A stretch of 63,976 bases of DNA, filler included, from Stramenopiles sp. TOSAG23-3 (GCA_900128585.1; 5 parts of 5 records of this genome joined end to end with filler, not necessarily neighbours in it), one strand, 5' to 3'; positions 22,906-34,225 are shown, counted from the first letter of the whole stretch. The notes: generated from the sequence alone by a model not told the origin. Numbers and translations are program-made.

Positions 22906-25393
22906 TTACTTCTTCTTCTTCCCCTTCTTCTTCCCCCCCTTCTTCTTCTTCTTCTTCTTCGTCCCTCCAGGGTTGTAGATTTTCAACTTCTCCGCTGCGT
23001 ACGGGTCGTTCTGCAGCCGCCCGCCTTCCAATGGCATGTTGCGAATGCAGACCTCGTACGGCGTGTCTTCGGGAATCACCAGCGCGTTCTCCAGGGTCTC
23101 CTTGCTGAAGGGCATCGCCATGCCCTTCTTTGCGAACGCTGCGGCGATGGCGTCGATCTCCGTCATCTCCACCGACCGCTTCGCGGACATTGGACGAGGC
23201 CGCTCAACACGTTCCCCAGGCCGGGGAAAGGGCACTACTTCCTTCTTCACCAGCTGCGGGCCCTTCTTCTTCTTCCCCTTCTTCTTCCCCTTCTTCTTCC
23301 CGCCCTTCTTCTTCGCCGGCTTCTTCGCGGGCTTCTTCGCCCCCTTCTTCCCGCCGCCCCCGCCGGGCTGGATCGCCCGCGTCGGGTTCAGGCTCTCCCG
23401 TTCAGCATCGTCCATACCGCGCTTTCGGTCGTTGAAGACGGTCGTCATCGTCTGGAACTCCCCGTCGAACGCGGTGACCCCTTTCTCCCACGCCGGCTCG
23501 GCGACCGGGGAGCGCGGCCTTGCCCCGAACGCGTCCTGGGTGACAACGCTCCCGTAGTCCCCGCGGTACGGGGACAGTGACCGGTCGGCCTCGCTCGGGC
23601 CCACGTGCTTCTCGGCCCGCTGCTTCTGCTCGTTCCGCCGCGCGGGGGTGACGATCCGCGCGTTTCGCTTCCGAAGGGCCTCTTCGTACCCTGGGGGGGC
23701 GTCGTACTTGAAGCGCATGGGCACCGGGGTGTTGCGCGTCGGCGTCGGCTTCGGCGTCTTCCTCGAGCCCTTGGGGGTCATTTCCTTCCGGACGATGACG
23801 ACGGGGGTCTCCACCAGGGGTCGGGCGCTCTGCCGGGAGTGCGGTGTCCGCATGCGGGCGGGGTTCGCCGGGCCCTCCTCCTTCGCGTTCTGCTGCGGCT
23901 TGCTCTTTCCGCCGCCCGCGGCGGCGCTCTTCGGCCGAACCTTCCCCGGGGGCGACCGTTTCGTCCCTGCGGTGGCGCTGACCGGCCGCTGCGGAGACCG
24001 CGCCCTCGTCATGCCGCTCACCGCGGACGTCGGCCGGGACCGCCGGCCCATGCTCGCGGCGGCGGAGGAGGGGCGGGAGAACACCCCCCCGTTCTGGTAG
24101 TAGCGGCCCGACCGGGACGCGTAACGCCGGGACTCTTGGCGCCGCGCAATCTCTTCCTCTATTCGACCCCGGTTCATCGCCCACTGCTGCATGGCGGACT
24201 GAACCTCGCGCTTGAACCGCTCGTCGGTCGCCTCCTCGGACCGTCCCTTGATCCACTTCTGCTCGAGCCAGACCTCCTGCTCCACCGTCTTCTCTTCGGC
24301 CTTCCGCTCCCCGGCGTTCCCGTGGGCGTAGTGAAAGTCGTTTGTGGGGGGCGCCCCCCCCCCCCATACGCTTCGAGGCCTGCCGCGAGGACGGTCTATT
24401 GGTCGCCCCCGCGGTGCTTGGCCGGGCCTTTGTGTCCCTCGCCCGGCTCTTTCGCACCCCGGTGCCCGGCCTCGACTTGGACCCGGAGTTCCCGATCAAG
24501 TACGAGTACATGTTGGTGGACTCCTCCACGTCCACGGTGTGGGCCTGCTGGGCGTCCGCAATCTGGCCGATCATCCGCCGCTGCTCGGCCCTGGACATGG
24601 ACTGGGCCTTCAGGATGCGGCGGCGCTGCGATGCGAACAGGTTCCTCATCTTTATTCCCCCTATCTGAAGGCGGCCGGTCAGCTTGACGTTGTCGAAGTC
24701 GTTCGAGGACACGGGCGCCGTCGTTGGCCGGTTGCCCTTCCTCATGGACCGCGCGGCGGCGGCTGCGGCGGAGCCGGAGCCGGCCGCGGCCCTCCCGCTC
24801 GTGGACGGCCGGTTGTTGTTCATCTGATTCTCGTACCGATCCCTTCTCGACCGTTTCTCGTTCTTTTGCTCGTCCCGAAAGACGGCGTTGTCCGACGGGA
24901 ACCCCGCGCGCTCGCGCAGCGCGTTGCGGGCCTTCAGTTTGTCCTGGAACCACGCGTGGACGCGGGACAGGGACGTCTGGCGCTGCAGGTCGTTCCGGGA
25001 GAACGTGACCTCCCGCATCATGGTCTTCAGGGACGCCGCGAGCACGCTATCGAAATGGGCGACGCCCGTTTCCAAAACCCTCTTGTCCTCGGTCTTCAGG
25101 CCCATGGCGACTGCCTCCATGTAATCCATCAGTTCCCGAAACAGCGGGTTCTTCCCGAGCCGCTGCTTCATCCGACGGTCGACCACGTCCCCGTGGGTCT
25201 CTGCAAGCTCCCCCGCCGCGTCGAGCGCCACGTTCTCCGCCCCAAGCCTGACTTCTTTCAGGTTCGCGTCGGCCTCCAGGAAGAGCTCTTCCATGTGACC
25301 CATTCGCATCGATGCGGACGAGTCGCTGTGGCCCATCGACCCTTGCTGCCCTCCCCCGTACGTCCGTGGGGACGAGACCGAAGGCCGTGCCAT
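22906..25393 (-). CDS. Hypothetical basic, low-complexity protein (~828 aa) with Lys-rich tail; one frameshift in a G12 run
   Basis: ORF 25393-24354 joins ORF 24285-22906 if one G is removed at 24354-24365; recurrent RP(S/T)(T/S)A motifs. Confidence 0.65.
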
Positions 25394-25846
25394 TTCGGAG
25401 GAAGGGAGAGAGGGGATGGAAAGGAGGTGAACGAACAGCTACAGAAAGGGAGAAAAAGGGCAAAGTATCTATATCTAATACACCCAGTCAATCTCTACCT
25501 TTTGAAACTATTTATTGTCCAATTTGATAACGTTGGCTATACATTTCCATCTATTTAAAAATAAAAAACAATTGTAAAATGTGGTTCTTGGATTGTATAA
25601 AGTCTAATTTATCCTCCCACCCCACCCCCATTTTTAATAATAATAATCCATAAATAAAAATTATTATTATTATTATATTTTTTTCATTTTTTATTCAAAG
25701 CCAATACTGTGCTTTGCTATAAGAAGAGTATAAAAAATAGAAGATTATGTCTTCTTCTTCTTCTTCTTCTTCGCAATTTTATTATTATTCTCTTCTTTCT
25801 TCTTTCTTCTTTCTTCTTTCTTCTTTCTTCTTTCTTCTTTCTTCTT

Positions 25847-25946
25847 NNNNNNNNNNNNNNNNNNNNNNNNNNNNNNNNNNNNNNNNNNNNTTAATTAATT
25901 AANNNNNNNNNNNNNNNNNNNNNNNNNNNNNNNNNNNNNNNNNNNN
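25847..25946. other. Artificial contig-join spacer
   Basis: N44-TTAATTAATTAA-N44. Confidence 0.97.
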
Positions 25947-26241
25947 TCGGGTTCGTATACATAAACCTGTGTAAATGTATTTTCTGAAGATCCAAGTCTA
26001 CTAAGAGTATCATGGATTTTCCACTAAGGAGATATTTTTAAAATTCCACAGTTTTCATCTTAAAATTTACTTGTTGTATAATCAATTTGATTTTTAAAAA
26101 GAAAAAATTGGCTGTTAACATTTTTAAATCGTGCCTTGGGTTTACAAGATTCTTTATCTGACTTCTCAGTTTCCGGGAAAATCTACCAGCACATTCGGCG
26201 TCATTTTCAACAAATCCGTTCTTAAGAGTTTAGTGCCCGGC

Positions 26242-27117
26242 TCAAAGACGACCTGCCAACCTACTGAATTCATTCGCAATACCTTTCGTATCCGTCAGTT
26301 TTGGGGGCACCTTTTCACCCGAGGGGGACGACCTGGCCGGCTGCGAGGGGGCACTGGGCTTGCCCTCCGTCGCCGCGCCTCTCGCGTCGCTCGAGGGGGC
26401 ATTTCTTCCCTGCAAGGGGGCACTGGGCCTGTTCTCTGTCCCTGCAGAACTGCCGGCCTGTGGTACGTTGCTTTGGAGCTGGGGCCGCCCACCACCACCA
26501 CCAACAAGAATAGAAGGAACTTGAGGGGTCTGTTGGGGCGTGCCTTTGTTTTCTTCCTGTTTGATTTCCTGCTTCAAAAAGTTCCACGCCGGGTCGCCTT
26601 TTCCAAGGTTCTTTGGGCTCTCCCCGCTGGGGTCTGGGCCGCCTGGCGGCTCGTCCACCGCGTGAGCCTTTGGAAGCCTGGCGTGCTCCGAATTTAAAGA
26701 TTTTGTCAGCTCTTCGAGCGGGTTGACCGGTTTTATGACTTTGTCTTTTCCCGTCAAAGACGCCAGTGCGTTGCTGAACTTTGTTGGGCCAGCGGTCCCG
26801 TTCGTATTTGCAGGCAACGGCGATTTCGTCTTCGGTTTGTTGCTCTTCTCTTTGTCCGGCACGTCCATGATTTTCTGGATGTCTATTCTATTGCCGCCTC
26901 TCAAGCCCGTCGCGGTGGAGGCGGACACGGGCAGTACCGGCGCTGGGTCAGGGTGACCAAACAAGGAGTTCAGGGACCCCGATGGCGTCGGGGTGGACCC
27001 TTTGCGCATGTCACCCCCCATCATTTGCGATTCACCTGGCACAAGGACGTTCAACACCAGTGCGAGAAAGAGCAAGCACGCTCTTCTCCCCATGGCCGCG
27101 GTTGTGGAAATCCCCAT
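26242..27117 (-). CDS. Hypothetical secreted Pro/Gly/Ser-rich disordered protein
   Basis: 291 aa; signal-peptide-like RRACLLFLALVLNVLVPGES; GC-rich coding-like sequence between AT-rich flanks. Confidence 0.6.
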   Translation of the reverse strand: MGISTTAAMGRRACLLFLALVLNVLVPGESQMMGGDMRKGSTPTPSGSLNSLFGHPDPAPVLPVSASTATGLRGGNRIDIQKIMDVPDKEKSNKPKTKSPLPANTNGTAGPTKFSNALASLTGKDKVIKPVNPLEELTKSLNSEHARLPKAHAVDEPPGGPDPSGESPKNLGKGDPAWNFLKQEIKQEENKGTPQQTPQVPSILVGGGGGRPQLQSNVPQAGSSAGTENRPSAPLQGRNAPSSDARGAATEGKPSAPSQPARSSPSGEKVPPKLTDTKGIANEFSRLAGRL

Positions 27118-27444
27118 ATAATAATAAAACCAAACGAGAGAAAGAGAGGGAAGAATAAGGTGAGGAATTGGGACAATTGTTAATTATTATCTCTCGTTTG
27201 TTCTTTTGAACGATCATTTGGACAATATGTATTCATGATGTAATTTAAAATCAGAAGTTGTTATATACTACTTGGTACTTCAACTGAACTACCAACTAAC
27301 ACGAAATTAATTTTATTTATAATAAATAATTCTTAGTTCATTAAATAGAGAAGTAGAGAAGATGATTTGATTGGTATCACTTATATTTATATTTTTATTT
27401 ATCATATTTCACTTATATTCTTCTTTTCTATATTCACCACTATC

Positions 27445-27492
<48 letters not shown>

Positions 27493-27606
27493 TCGACTCT
27501 TTCTTTCGACTCTTTCTTTCTTTNNNNNNNNNNNNNNNNNNNNNNNNNNNNNNNNNNNNNNNNNNNNNNNNNNNNNNNNNNNNNNNNNCCCCCCCCCCCC
27601 CCCCCA
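27445..27606. repeat. (CTTT)n tract, scaffold gap (27524-27588) and poly-C
   Basis: Direct reading. Confidence 0.9.
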
Positions 27607-27775
27607 TTCTATTTTACCAGTATTTAAAGTACACTTCTACTACAACTTTTTTAAATAGCGCACTACTATCTCATTGTATAAATAAAACCCTTGACGTCAA
27701 TCATTTTGGAATTCCACTGATTGACATCTTCTAAATTATTTAACATCAGGATAAATGGAAGTTGTAAATACCTAT

Positions 27776-27830
27776 AGAAACAGTAAAGAAACAGTAAAGA
27801 AACAGTAAAGAAACAGTAAAGAAACAGTAT
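27776..27830. repeat. 11-bp tandem repeat (AGAAACAGTAA) x5
   Basis: Direct reading. Confidence 0.85.
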
Positions 27831-28712
27831 AAGAAGAAACAGGAGAGCGAGGAGAGCGAAGAGAGAGAGCATCATCTATTATAATAAATATATTGGGAAA
27901 ATAATTACCAATTTTCATAAAGTACTGTATAGCAGCTATTATATATTTATTAAAATACTTTTTTATTTATATTTTTGATGATTGTTTGTATTTTAATCTA
28001 AACTCTCTTCTTCTTCTTTCCTCTATTTTTTTTACCTTCTGATTTCTTGATTCTTGATGATTGATTTTTTTTTTTTTCTATTATTAATTTTATAAAAATA
28101 ATACATCAGTATAACATTATTTATAGTTCCTATATGAATATGTACTTATTCAGTATATATAATACAGTACTATTTTTTTTATTATGATGACAACCTCCTC
28201 CTCGTATTTTGTACTTAGTTTTAGAATTAACACTAATAATAATTGGAATCTATTAGAATGAATATAAAGTGGAGGTGGTTAGGGTTAGGGTTAGTTGTGG
28301 AGGTCTTCACTTTTTCATTAATTATTACCTTCAATGGTATTCAATGTATATTAAAAATTGCGTATCTTTTTGGCGCGTAAAAAATAATAAAAAAAAAAGA
28401 AGAGGAGACCTATTATAATAATTGTATTTAACAGGTATACAGCATTAAACGAAGAATCAACAAAAAAAAAATAAAAAACACAAGTCAAAAGTCAAAAGAG
28501 AAAACAAAAGATACGATTGGGATTGGATCAATTACAAAGTGCAACCTCATACAAATTAACTGGCTGGTTTTTTTTTAATGAAGGTGTAATTTTTTTAAAC
28601 GGTATTCTTTCATTTTTCAGTTCTGTTCGGGTTTACATCATTTTCGCATTTCCAGCCCATCCAATTTTCCTATTGTGCCCACGCGCCTTCGTAACGCAAT
28701 TGTATAGACAGG

Positions 28713-31700
28713 ATGTCGACGAGACGGTCATCGAGAAAGACCCAGGCGGTCGCTGTGCAGCCCCCCGGGGCTTCGAGCCAGCCAAGGGCCCTGGGAAAGC
28801 GCAAAGCGCCGCTGATGGGAAATGCCACGCCGTTGGGACTCGCCGAACGAGGGGAGGCGCGCAAGAACCCCAAGGCCACGCCCAGGGACCAGATCAGCTT
28901 TACGGACCGCTTCTTCTTGGACGTCGTGGTGGGGCTGCAACAGGCGGGGGACGCGACGACGACGCCGGGGTTTTTCAAACGGCTCTCAAAAACCTTGCAG
29001 AAGGAGGCCGCCATAAATAACGCCGACGATAACGTGCAAAAGCACCGGGCCCCTGCGGAGCTTACGAAATGCTCCATACTCGAGGCACGGTTGAGGTACA
29101 AACGGCTGGAAAAGTCTGGGCTGCTGACGCCCTCGGCGAGCGCGCATAGGGCACAGGCGGGCCAGCAGAACAGTGCCGCCCAGGGCGCCAGCTCCGCCCA
29201 GTCGTTCCAGTCCAACAGTACGGTGAGCCGCCACTCCACGGGCAGCAGACGAGACAACGGCGGGCAGGGGAGCGGCCGCCTCGACGTTCCCGCCTCCACG
29301 AACGCCAACAAGAGGAAATGGGACGGTGGGCACGACACCGGCAGCGGCGGCGGCCAGAGCAGGGGCGCCCGTATGATGCGCGTAGGGAATAGAAGCACGG
29401 ACAGCGCCCAGAGTAGTGAGGCCACCGGGCGCTCGGGGGACGCGCAGGGTAGCGCATCGGCCCTTCGGAACGTGTCCGGGGGCGCCACGATGCTGACCAG
29501 CCCGGGAAGCACCCCCAGCAACACCAGCGGCACCACCACCGCCACCCTTCTTGGCAGCCCGTCCGAGGGGTTCTCACCACGGTACAGGTCGCAATCGCTG
29601 CGCGCCCTGCCAGCGCCGAGCATCTTGCAGCCGGAAAGCGCCGGCACCGCCCTTGTCGTAGCGCCCAGCTCGCTGTCAAGGCGGGTGGGGCAGGTTGCGC
29701 ACCAGCGCCGCAACCCCCCGGCCACCATTTTTCGCCCCCAGCACCCGATGTTTTCCCATTTCAAGGCGTGCCAGAACGTTCTGAGGAAGCGCCTGTCCCT
29801 GCTGCACGTCCCGGACACCAAACAGCTCGTGGGCATCGAGAAGCAGCGGTCCGACGTTCAACGAATTTTGGAGCGCACGATGAGGGCAGCAGAAAACAAC
29901 TCCGTCCTGATCCTCGGGGCGAGGGGACGGGGGAAGAGCGTCCTGCTGAACCATGTCCTAAAATCCATCAAAAAGAAATTTGTAGAAACGCCGAGGCAAC
30001 GGTCAAAGCGCTCGAGCGCGTCGTCGGCCAGGAGCGACCGAATCCCGGTATCGACTCTTGCGTCCCCCCCGATGCTGTCGCAGAGAGGGGACGCGCAGCG
30101 CGGCCAGCGGCAGGACGCCCGCCGCCCGCTTATGCTGTCGTCCCCGCGCGTGTCCTCCTCAAGAAGCAGCAGTAGCGAGAGTGAGCGGTTGGCCCTTGGC
30201 AGCGGCCGCGCGAGCAGGGGGCTGTCCCTGTCTCGAAACCGGCGCGCGAAGCGGAGCACGGTTGCGCGGCCGCGCGTCCTGGTATTGGGAAGCGCGGCAA
30301 AATCGGGATACGAGTGGGCGAAGCTCTTGAAGAAGATCAACGGCACCCTGGAGACCTCGAACGGCTCGGCGGTGACCCACGTCGTCCTCGAGGACAACTC
30401 GATCGAGCGGTCCCTTGAGCTTTTGGAGATTCTGGCAAAGCCCTCCGTCCAATGGCGCAGCGGCTCGGCGTCGTCGTCGTCGAGCCGGAGCTCGCGGAGC
30501 ACCGCCGCCCACATCGTGTCCATTGACTGGGTGTTTGCGGGCATTGAGGCCGGGTACGCGGTGGAAGAGACGGATTACGTTCCCGAAGACCCGCGGTTCG
30601 AACGAACTTACGGGATTTCGATGGAGGAGGCCCTCTCTCGCCGGAAGAGCGGGAGCGCGCTCCTGCAGCACTGCACGGTATACATCACGGCCGGCGTGAC
30701 CCCGGGCCGCTCGGCGCTTCGAAAGTGCATCACGAATGCTGGCGGGAAGGTCTTGAACAGTCTACCGAAGCAAAGAAATTTTGGCGGGGCCCTGGGGGGC
30801 TTTGGGCTTGGCAGCGGCCAAAGCGGCGGCAGCCAAAGCGGCAACGCCTACGGCTTTCTCCCCATGAGCACGAGCATTGCAGGGCAGTCGGCCGACCTCA
30901 TGTCCCCACTGTCCCCGGCCTTTGTCCCACGGACGTCCGGGGCACGGCGCCTGCTGGTCATCGGGACCCGAGAAGACCTTTCGGAGGAGAACGGGGCGCC
31001 AAGCGACGATCGGTCCGGCGGCGTACGAATCGTAGACAAGCTGCGCACGCTGGGGGTCGAAAAAGTCTACAACGTGAACGTGCTGCTCGACGGCATTTTG
31101 CACCACCGCCTATCGCTGGCAGAGAATGTTCTGCTGAGTCTGACGGGGGAGACGGAGGAGTACGCGGCCGTCCCGTCCCCGGCAAGCGGGGAAAGTCCCA
31201 GGCAGGCGGGGGCGGACAGCGGGGCGGAGGCCGACGACGACGACGGGCTGTCCAAGTACGAAAAGGATCGCCTCGAACGGATCCGCGACAACCAGGCGTT
31301 CATGGAGTCGATCGGGCTGACGTCGGTGCGCCGGGACATTGCCGACGCGATGGGTGGGAAGCTGGGGGTTGAGGCTAGGGGGGACGAGGCCAAGGGGGAC
31401 GAGGCCAAGGGGGACGAGGCCAAGGAGGACGAGGCCAAGGGGGACGAGCTGGACGATGCCTCCGCTCTCCCGCCACCGCCAGAACGCCACGTGGGGAACC
31501 TGTCGTCCACCGCCCCGTTCGTTGTAATCCGCCTGAACGGGCTCGTTCACTCCGACGAGAAGACTGCGCTAAGGGAGATCGGCCGGCAACTGTACCTGGA
31601 GTACGAGTCGTACAAGATCAGTTCGCGCTCCCTGAGCTTTGGGCACCACGTCCAACTCTTGCTGGACGTGCTGCGGGAGGCCAAGGGGGTGAGCGTGCCG

Positions 31701-32636
31701 ATCGTTTTCGTTCTAGACGAGTTCCAGGGCTTCACAATGCGCCCGAAGCAGACCCTCCTGTACCACCTCTTGGATATTCTGCAGTCGGGCGAGACGCAAA
31801 TGGCCGTGGTCGGCTTGACGGAAAAGCTGGACGTCGTGGAGTCGCTCGAGAAAAGGATCAAGTCCCGGTTCTCGCACCGACAAATCTACGTCCCCCCCAT
31901 ATCGCTCGAGCAGACGGTACTGGTCCTCAAGCAGACCCTCGAGCTGGAGGCGTCCGCGTGCCCGGACACCAGCGCGTCCTTCGTTTCCAAGTGGAATTCC
32001 CAGGTCCAGGCCTTGGCCAAGTCAAGGGACTTTCGGGGCTGCATCGAACGTTACCACAGCATCGGGCACCCAACCAGGTGGTTTCTTCGCCTGGCCTCTG
32101 TCGCGCTGAGCTTTCTCAACTTTGCGTCCTCCGAACGGGCGTCGTACGCTGCCCCGTTTCTGAAGCTGGACCATTTCAAATTGGCGCTGAAGAAGCTCGT
32201 GGTAGACCGCCGCGACCTGGGCTTCAAAACGCTCACGACGGTGGAGACGATGCTGCTCCTGTCCATCGGCCACTTAGAAAAATGCAACAGCGTCCCGTAC
32301 AATTTTGAAATGTGCTACGACGAGTACACGAAGCTGCTCCGCTTGGAAGACGAGGGGGGGAGCGTCGGGATCTCCACGTACAAGTTTTCGAAGCCTATCA
32401 TGTTCAAAGCCTTTGAGCATTTGCTGGCCATCGGGCTCTGCAAATCAGTGGGGGTCGGGAGCACGGGCGTCTTTCACGGCGTGCTTGCTAGCAACAGCTC
32501 CAGCGCCAGGCAGTACGACCTGAGGTACCAAGGGGTCCGGCTATTGTTCGGGATGCAGCACTTGAAGGAGCTGTTTCGGGGGAGAAGGGAGGATTTGCCA
32601 ACGTTGGTGAAGACGTGGACGCAGAAGTGGATTTGA
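28713..32636 (+). CDS. ORC4: Origin recognition complex subunit 4 with N-terminal extension and inserted tandem BRCT
   Basis: 1307 aa; ENNSVLILGARGRGKS (Walker A), LNGLVHSDEKTALREIGRQL, IVFVLDEF (Walker B), KQTLLYHLLD, LEKRIKSRFSHRQI, YNFEMCYDEY and KAFEHL (winged helix). Confidence 0.92.
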   Translation: MSTRRSSRKTQAVAVQPPGASSQPRALGKRKAPLMGNATPLGLAERGEARKNPKATPRDQISFTDRFFLDVVVGLQQAGDATTTPGFFKRLSKTLQKEAAINNADDNVQKHRAPAELTKCSILEARLRYKRLEKSGLLTPSASAHRAQAGQQNSAAQGASSAQSFQSNSTVSRHSTGSRRDNGGQGSGRLDVPASTNANKRKWDGGHDTGSGGGQSRGARMMRVGNRSTDSAQSSEATGRSGDAQGSASALRNVSGGATMLTSPGSTPSNTSGTTTATLLGSPSEGFSPRYRSQSLRALPAPSILQPESAGTALVVAPSSLSRRVGQVAHQRRNPPATIFRPQHPMFSHFKACQNVLRKRLSLLHVPDTKQLVGIEKQRSDVQRILERTMRAAENNSVLILGARGRGKSVLLNHVLKSIKKKFVETPRQRSKRSSASSARSDRIPVSTLASPPMLSQRGDAQRGQRQDARRPLMLSSPRVSSSRSSSSESERLALGSGRASRGLSLSRNRRAKRSTVARPRVLVLGSAAKSGYEWAKLLKKINGTLETSNGSAVTHVVLEDNSIERSLELLEILAKPSVQWRSGSASSSSSRSSRSTAAHIVSIDWVFAGIEAGYAVEETDYVPEDPRFERTYGISMEEALSRRKSGSALLQHCTVYITAGVTPGRSALRKCITNAGGKVLNSLPKQRNFGGALGGFGLGSGQSGGSQSGNAYGFLPMSTSIAGQSADLMSPLSPAFVPRTSGARRLLVIGTREDLSEENGAPSDDRSGGVRIVDKLRTLGVEKVYNVNVLLDGILHHRLSLAENVLLSLTGETEEYAAVPSPASGESPRQAGADSGAEADDDDGLSKYEKDRLERIRDNQAFMESIGLTSVRRDIADAMGGKLGVEARGDEAKGDEAKGDEAKEDEAKGDELDDASALPPPPERHVGNLSSTAPFVVIRLNGLVHSDEKTALREIGRQLYLEYESYKISSRSLSFGHHVQLLLDVLREAKGVSVPIVFVLDEFQGFTMRPKQTLLYHLLDILQSGETQMAVVGLTEKLDVVESLEKRIKSRFSHRQIYVPPISLEQTVLVLKQTLELEASACPDTSASFVSKWNSQVQALAKSRDFRGCIERYHSIGHPTRWFLRLASVALSFLNFASSERASYAAPFLKLDHFKLALKKLVVDRRDLGFKTLTTVETMLLLSIGHLEKCNSVPYNFEMCYDEYTKLLRLEDEGGSVGISTYKFSKPIMFKAFEHLLAIGLCKSVGVGSTGVFHGVLASNSSSARQYDLRYQGVRLLFGMQHLKELFRGRREDLPTLVKTWTQKWI

Positions 32637-32735
32637 AAGGTTTAGAACCCCTGATAATTAATCGATTTATTTTTCGCTGACTATATTGTCGTCCTAATAA
32701 AAACTGATATTATAAAATTTACATACACTATCATC

Positions 32736-33299
32736 TCAAAATGACTCCGCGTGGTCGACAAAGTTCTGCTCCAACCGCCCGAGGGCCCTCTCCGGCATGA
32801 CAAGTTTGAACCGGTACGGGTTCCTCTGCCCCACCTCTAGGTTTTGAAAGTGCTGCAGCTTGCACGCCGATTGAAGGGCACGGTACAGTCCCGACGAACG
32901 ATCGATGCAATTCAGGTCGGCAGCCGTGATCCATACGATCCCACTGGCATTTGACTGTATCTTTTTGTTCTCTGGAAAATTTTGAAACGCCTTCAAGAGA
33001 AGGTCCAAAAGCCCACTGCCCAAAGCGGCCTCCCGATTCGGTGGGTGGTCCAGCAGGTAGTACAACACGTTCAAACACAAAAACTGCACGTCTTGTTCCT
33101 TTTCGCAAACTCTCATGCACGATAAGATCGCTTCTATGCACCCAGACGCGCCTATGCTTGCCCTTGCGCCATACACTGACATTCGGAGGGCGCCCAAACC
33201 GGCAGCCACATCGTTTACGGGGACCGGGGTCAAGGACACCGCGTCAGAGAGCAGGGTGGAAAAACCAGAAAAGTCGCGAGCTCGTAAGGCAGACTTCAT
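32736..33299 (-). CDS. Hypothetical armadillo-like helical repeat protein
   Basis: 187 aa; GCIEAILSCM...DVQ...LYYL and GLLDLLLKAF.NFPEN.KIQ.NA ARM-like repeats. Confidence 0.6.
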   Translation of the reverse strand: MKSALRARDFSGFSTLLSDAVSLTPVPVNDVAAGLGALRMSVYGARASIGASGCIEAILSCMRVCEKEQDVQFLCLNVLYYLLDHPPNREAALGSGLLDLLLKAFQNFPENKKIQSNASGIVWITAADLNCIDRSSGLYRALQSACKLQHFQNLEVGQRNPYRFKLVMPERALGRLEQNFVDHAESF

Positions 33300-34225
33300 C
33301 GCGATTGGGGGGTGGAGTAGAAAAAAGCAGGCAGGGCGTTCCGGCCTTTCCTTTCGTTTTCTTGAATTTCAAAGAAGGAAAATATTTTGATTCTACAAAT
33401 GTAATTAATCGTTGTCTGTTGTCCAAACACAACTGTAAAATTGTACGTTGGTCGTGGAAGTTGATGATCATTATTATACATAATTCAACTCGGAGTGTGA
33501 TGATGAGAAGAAGAAGACGACTAACAACTATTAATACTAATAATAATAATTTTTTTTTTTTAAATAACAACAACAACAAAACACCACGTCATCTTTTCCA
33601 GTTTTTCTGTCATTTTCTGTCTTATAGTCTTATTTAGCACTAACTCACAGAAGACCCCTCCTCTGGCAGCAAAATAATCGGTTAAATCATCTCCCTATTA
33701 TAGTTAATATAGTTCCCGACATTTGATGTTCGATACTTGACTTCGCCTAGGCGTAGTAGAATTTTACTTGCTCTGAAAATAAAACAAAAAAAGGATATTA
33801 GAGAGAGAAACAATGCGTTTGGAAGAAATCCAAGAAGCGTGTCTTTCAAGATTTCCACAACAAAAGACGTTGCTGGTCGATTTTTCGTTCTTCTTCTTTT
33901 CAAATATTTTCGAGATATTATTGTAGTAGTATATACGTACTGTAGTCTATTTATTGCTGGAATTGGCAAAACAATAATCCATCATTGTACGGTAGTTTGT
34001 TTAAAAAATAGTTGTTGTGGTGTGTGGTTATTATTTTATCTTCTTCTTCTTAAAATAAATTATTAGGATAATAATAAATCTTCAAAAACTGTTAGAACTG
34101 TCTGCAAATAAACAAACTATCAGGTCATTGTTGAAACGCAAGTTTTGAGAAAATAGAAAAGAAGAATTTTTTAATCAAAAAAATTAACACAGTAGTAGTA
34201 GTACCACAAAAATAATTCTATAGAG

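Noticed and set aside
23036-25558. Long antisense and alternative-frame ORFs over GC-rich genes (also over ovoA, ORC4 and 52365-54097)
   Set aside because: Shadow ORFs expected from stop-codon scarcity at high GC; no recognisable motifs
26130-26250. Possible selenocysteine at the TGA ending the 291-aa ORF (RL*AGH*)
   Set aside because: No Cys/Gly redox context and no convincing SECIS geometry downstream
28277-28294. GGTTAGGGTTAGGGTTAG telomere-like sequence
   Set aside because: Under three units and internal; too short to call a telomere or an interstitial array
29985-31517. ORC4 insertion as an intein or intron
   Set aside because: No intein C-terminal HN-C/S/T junction or LAGLIDADG motifs seen. 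It is open, GC-rich and encodes recognisable BRCT sequence, unlike the short AT-rich intron at 4377-4449
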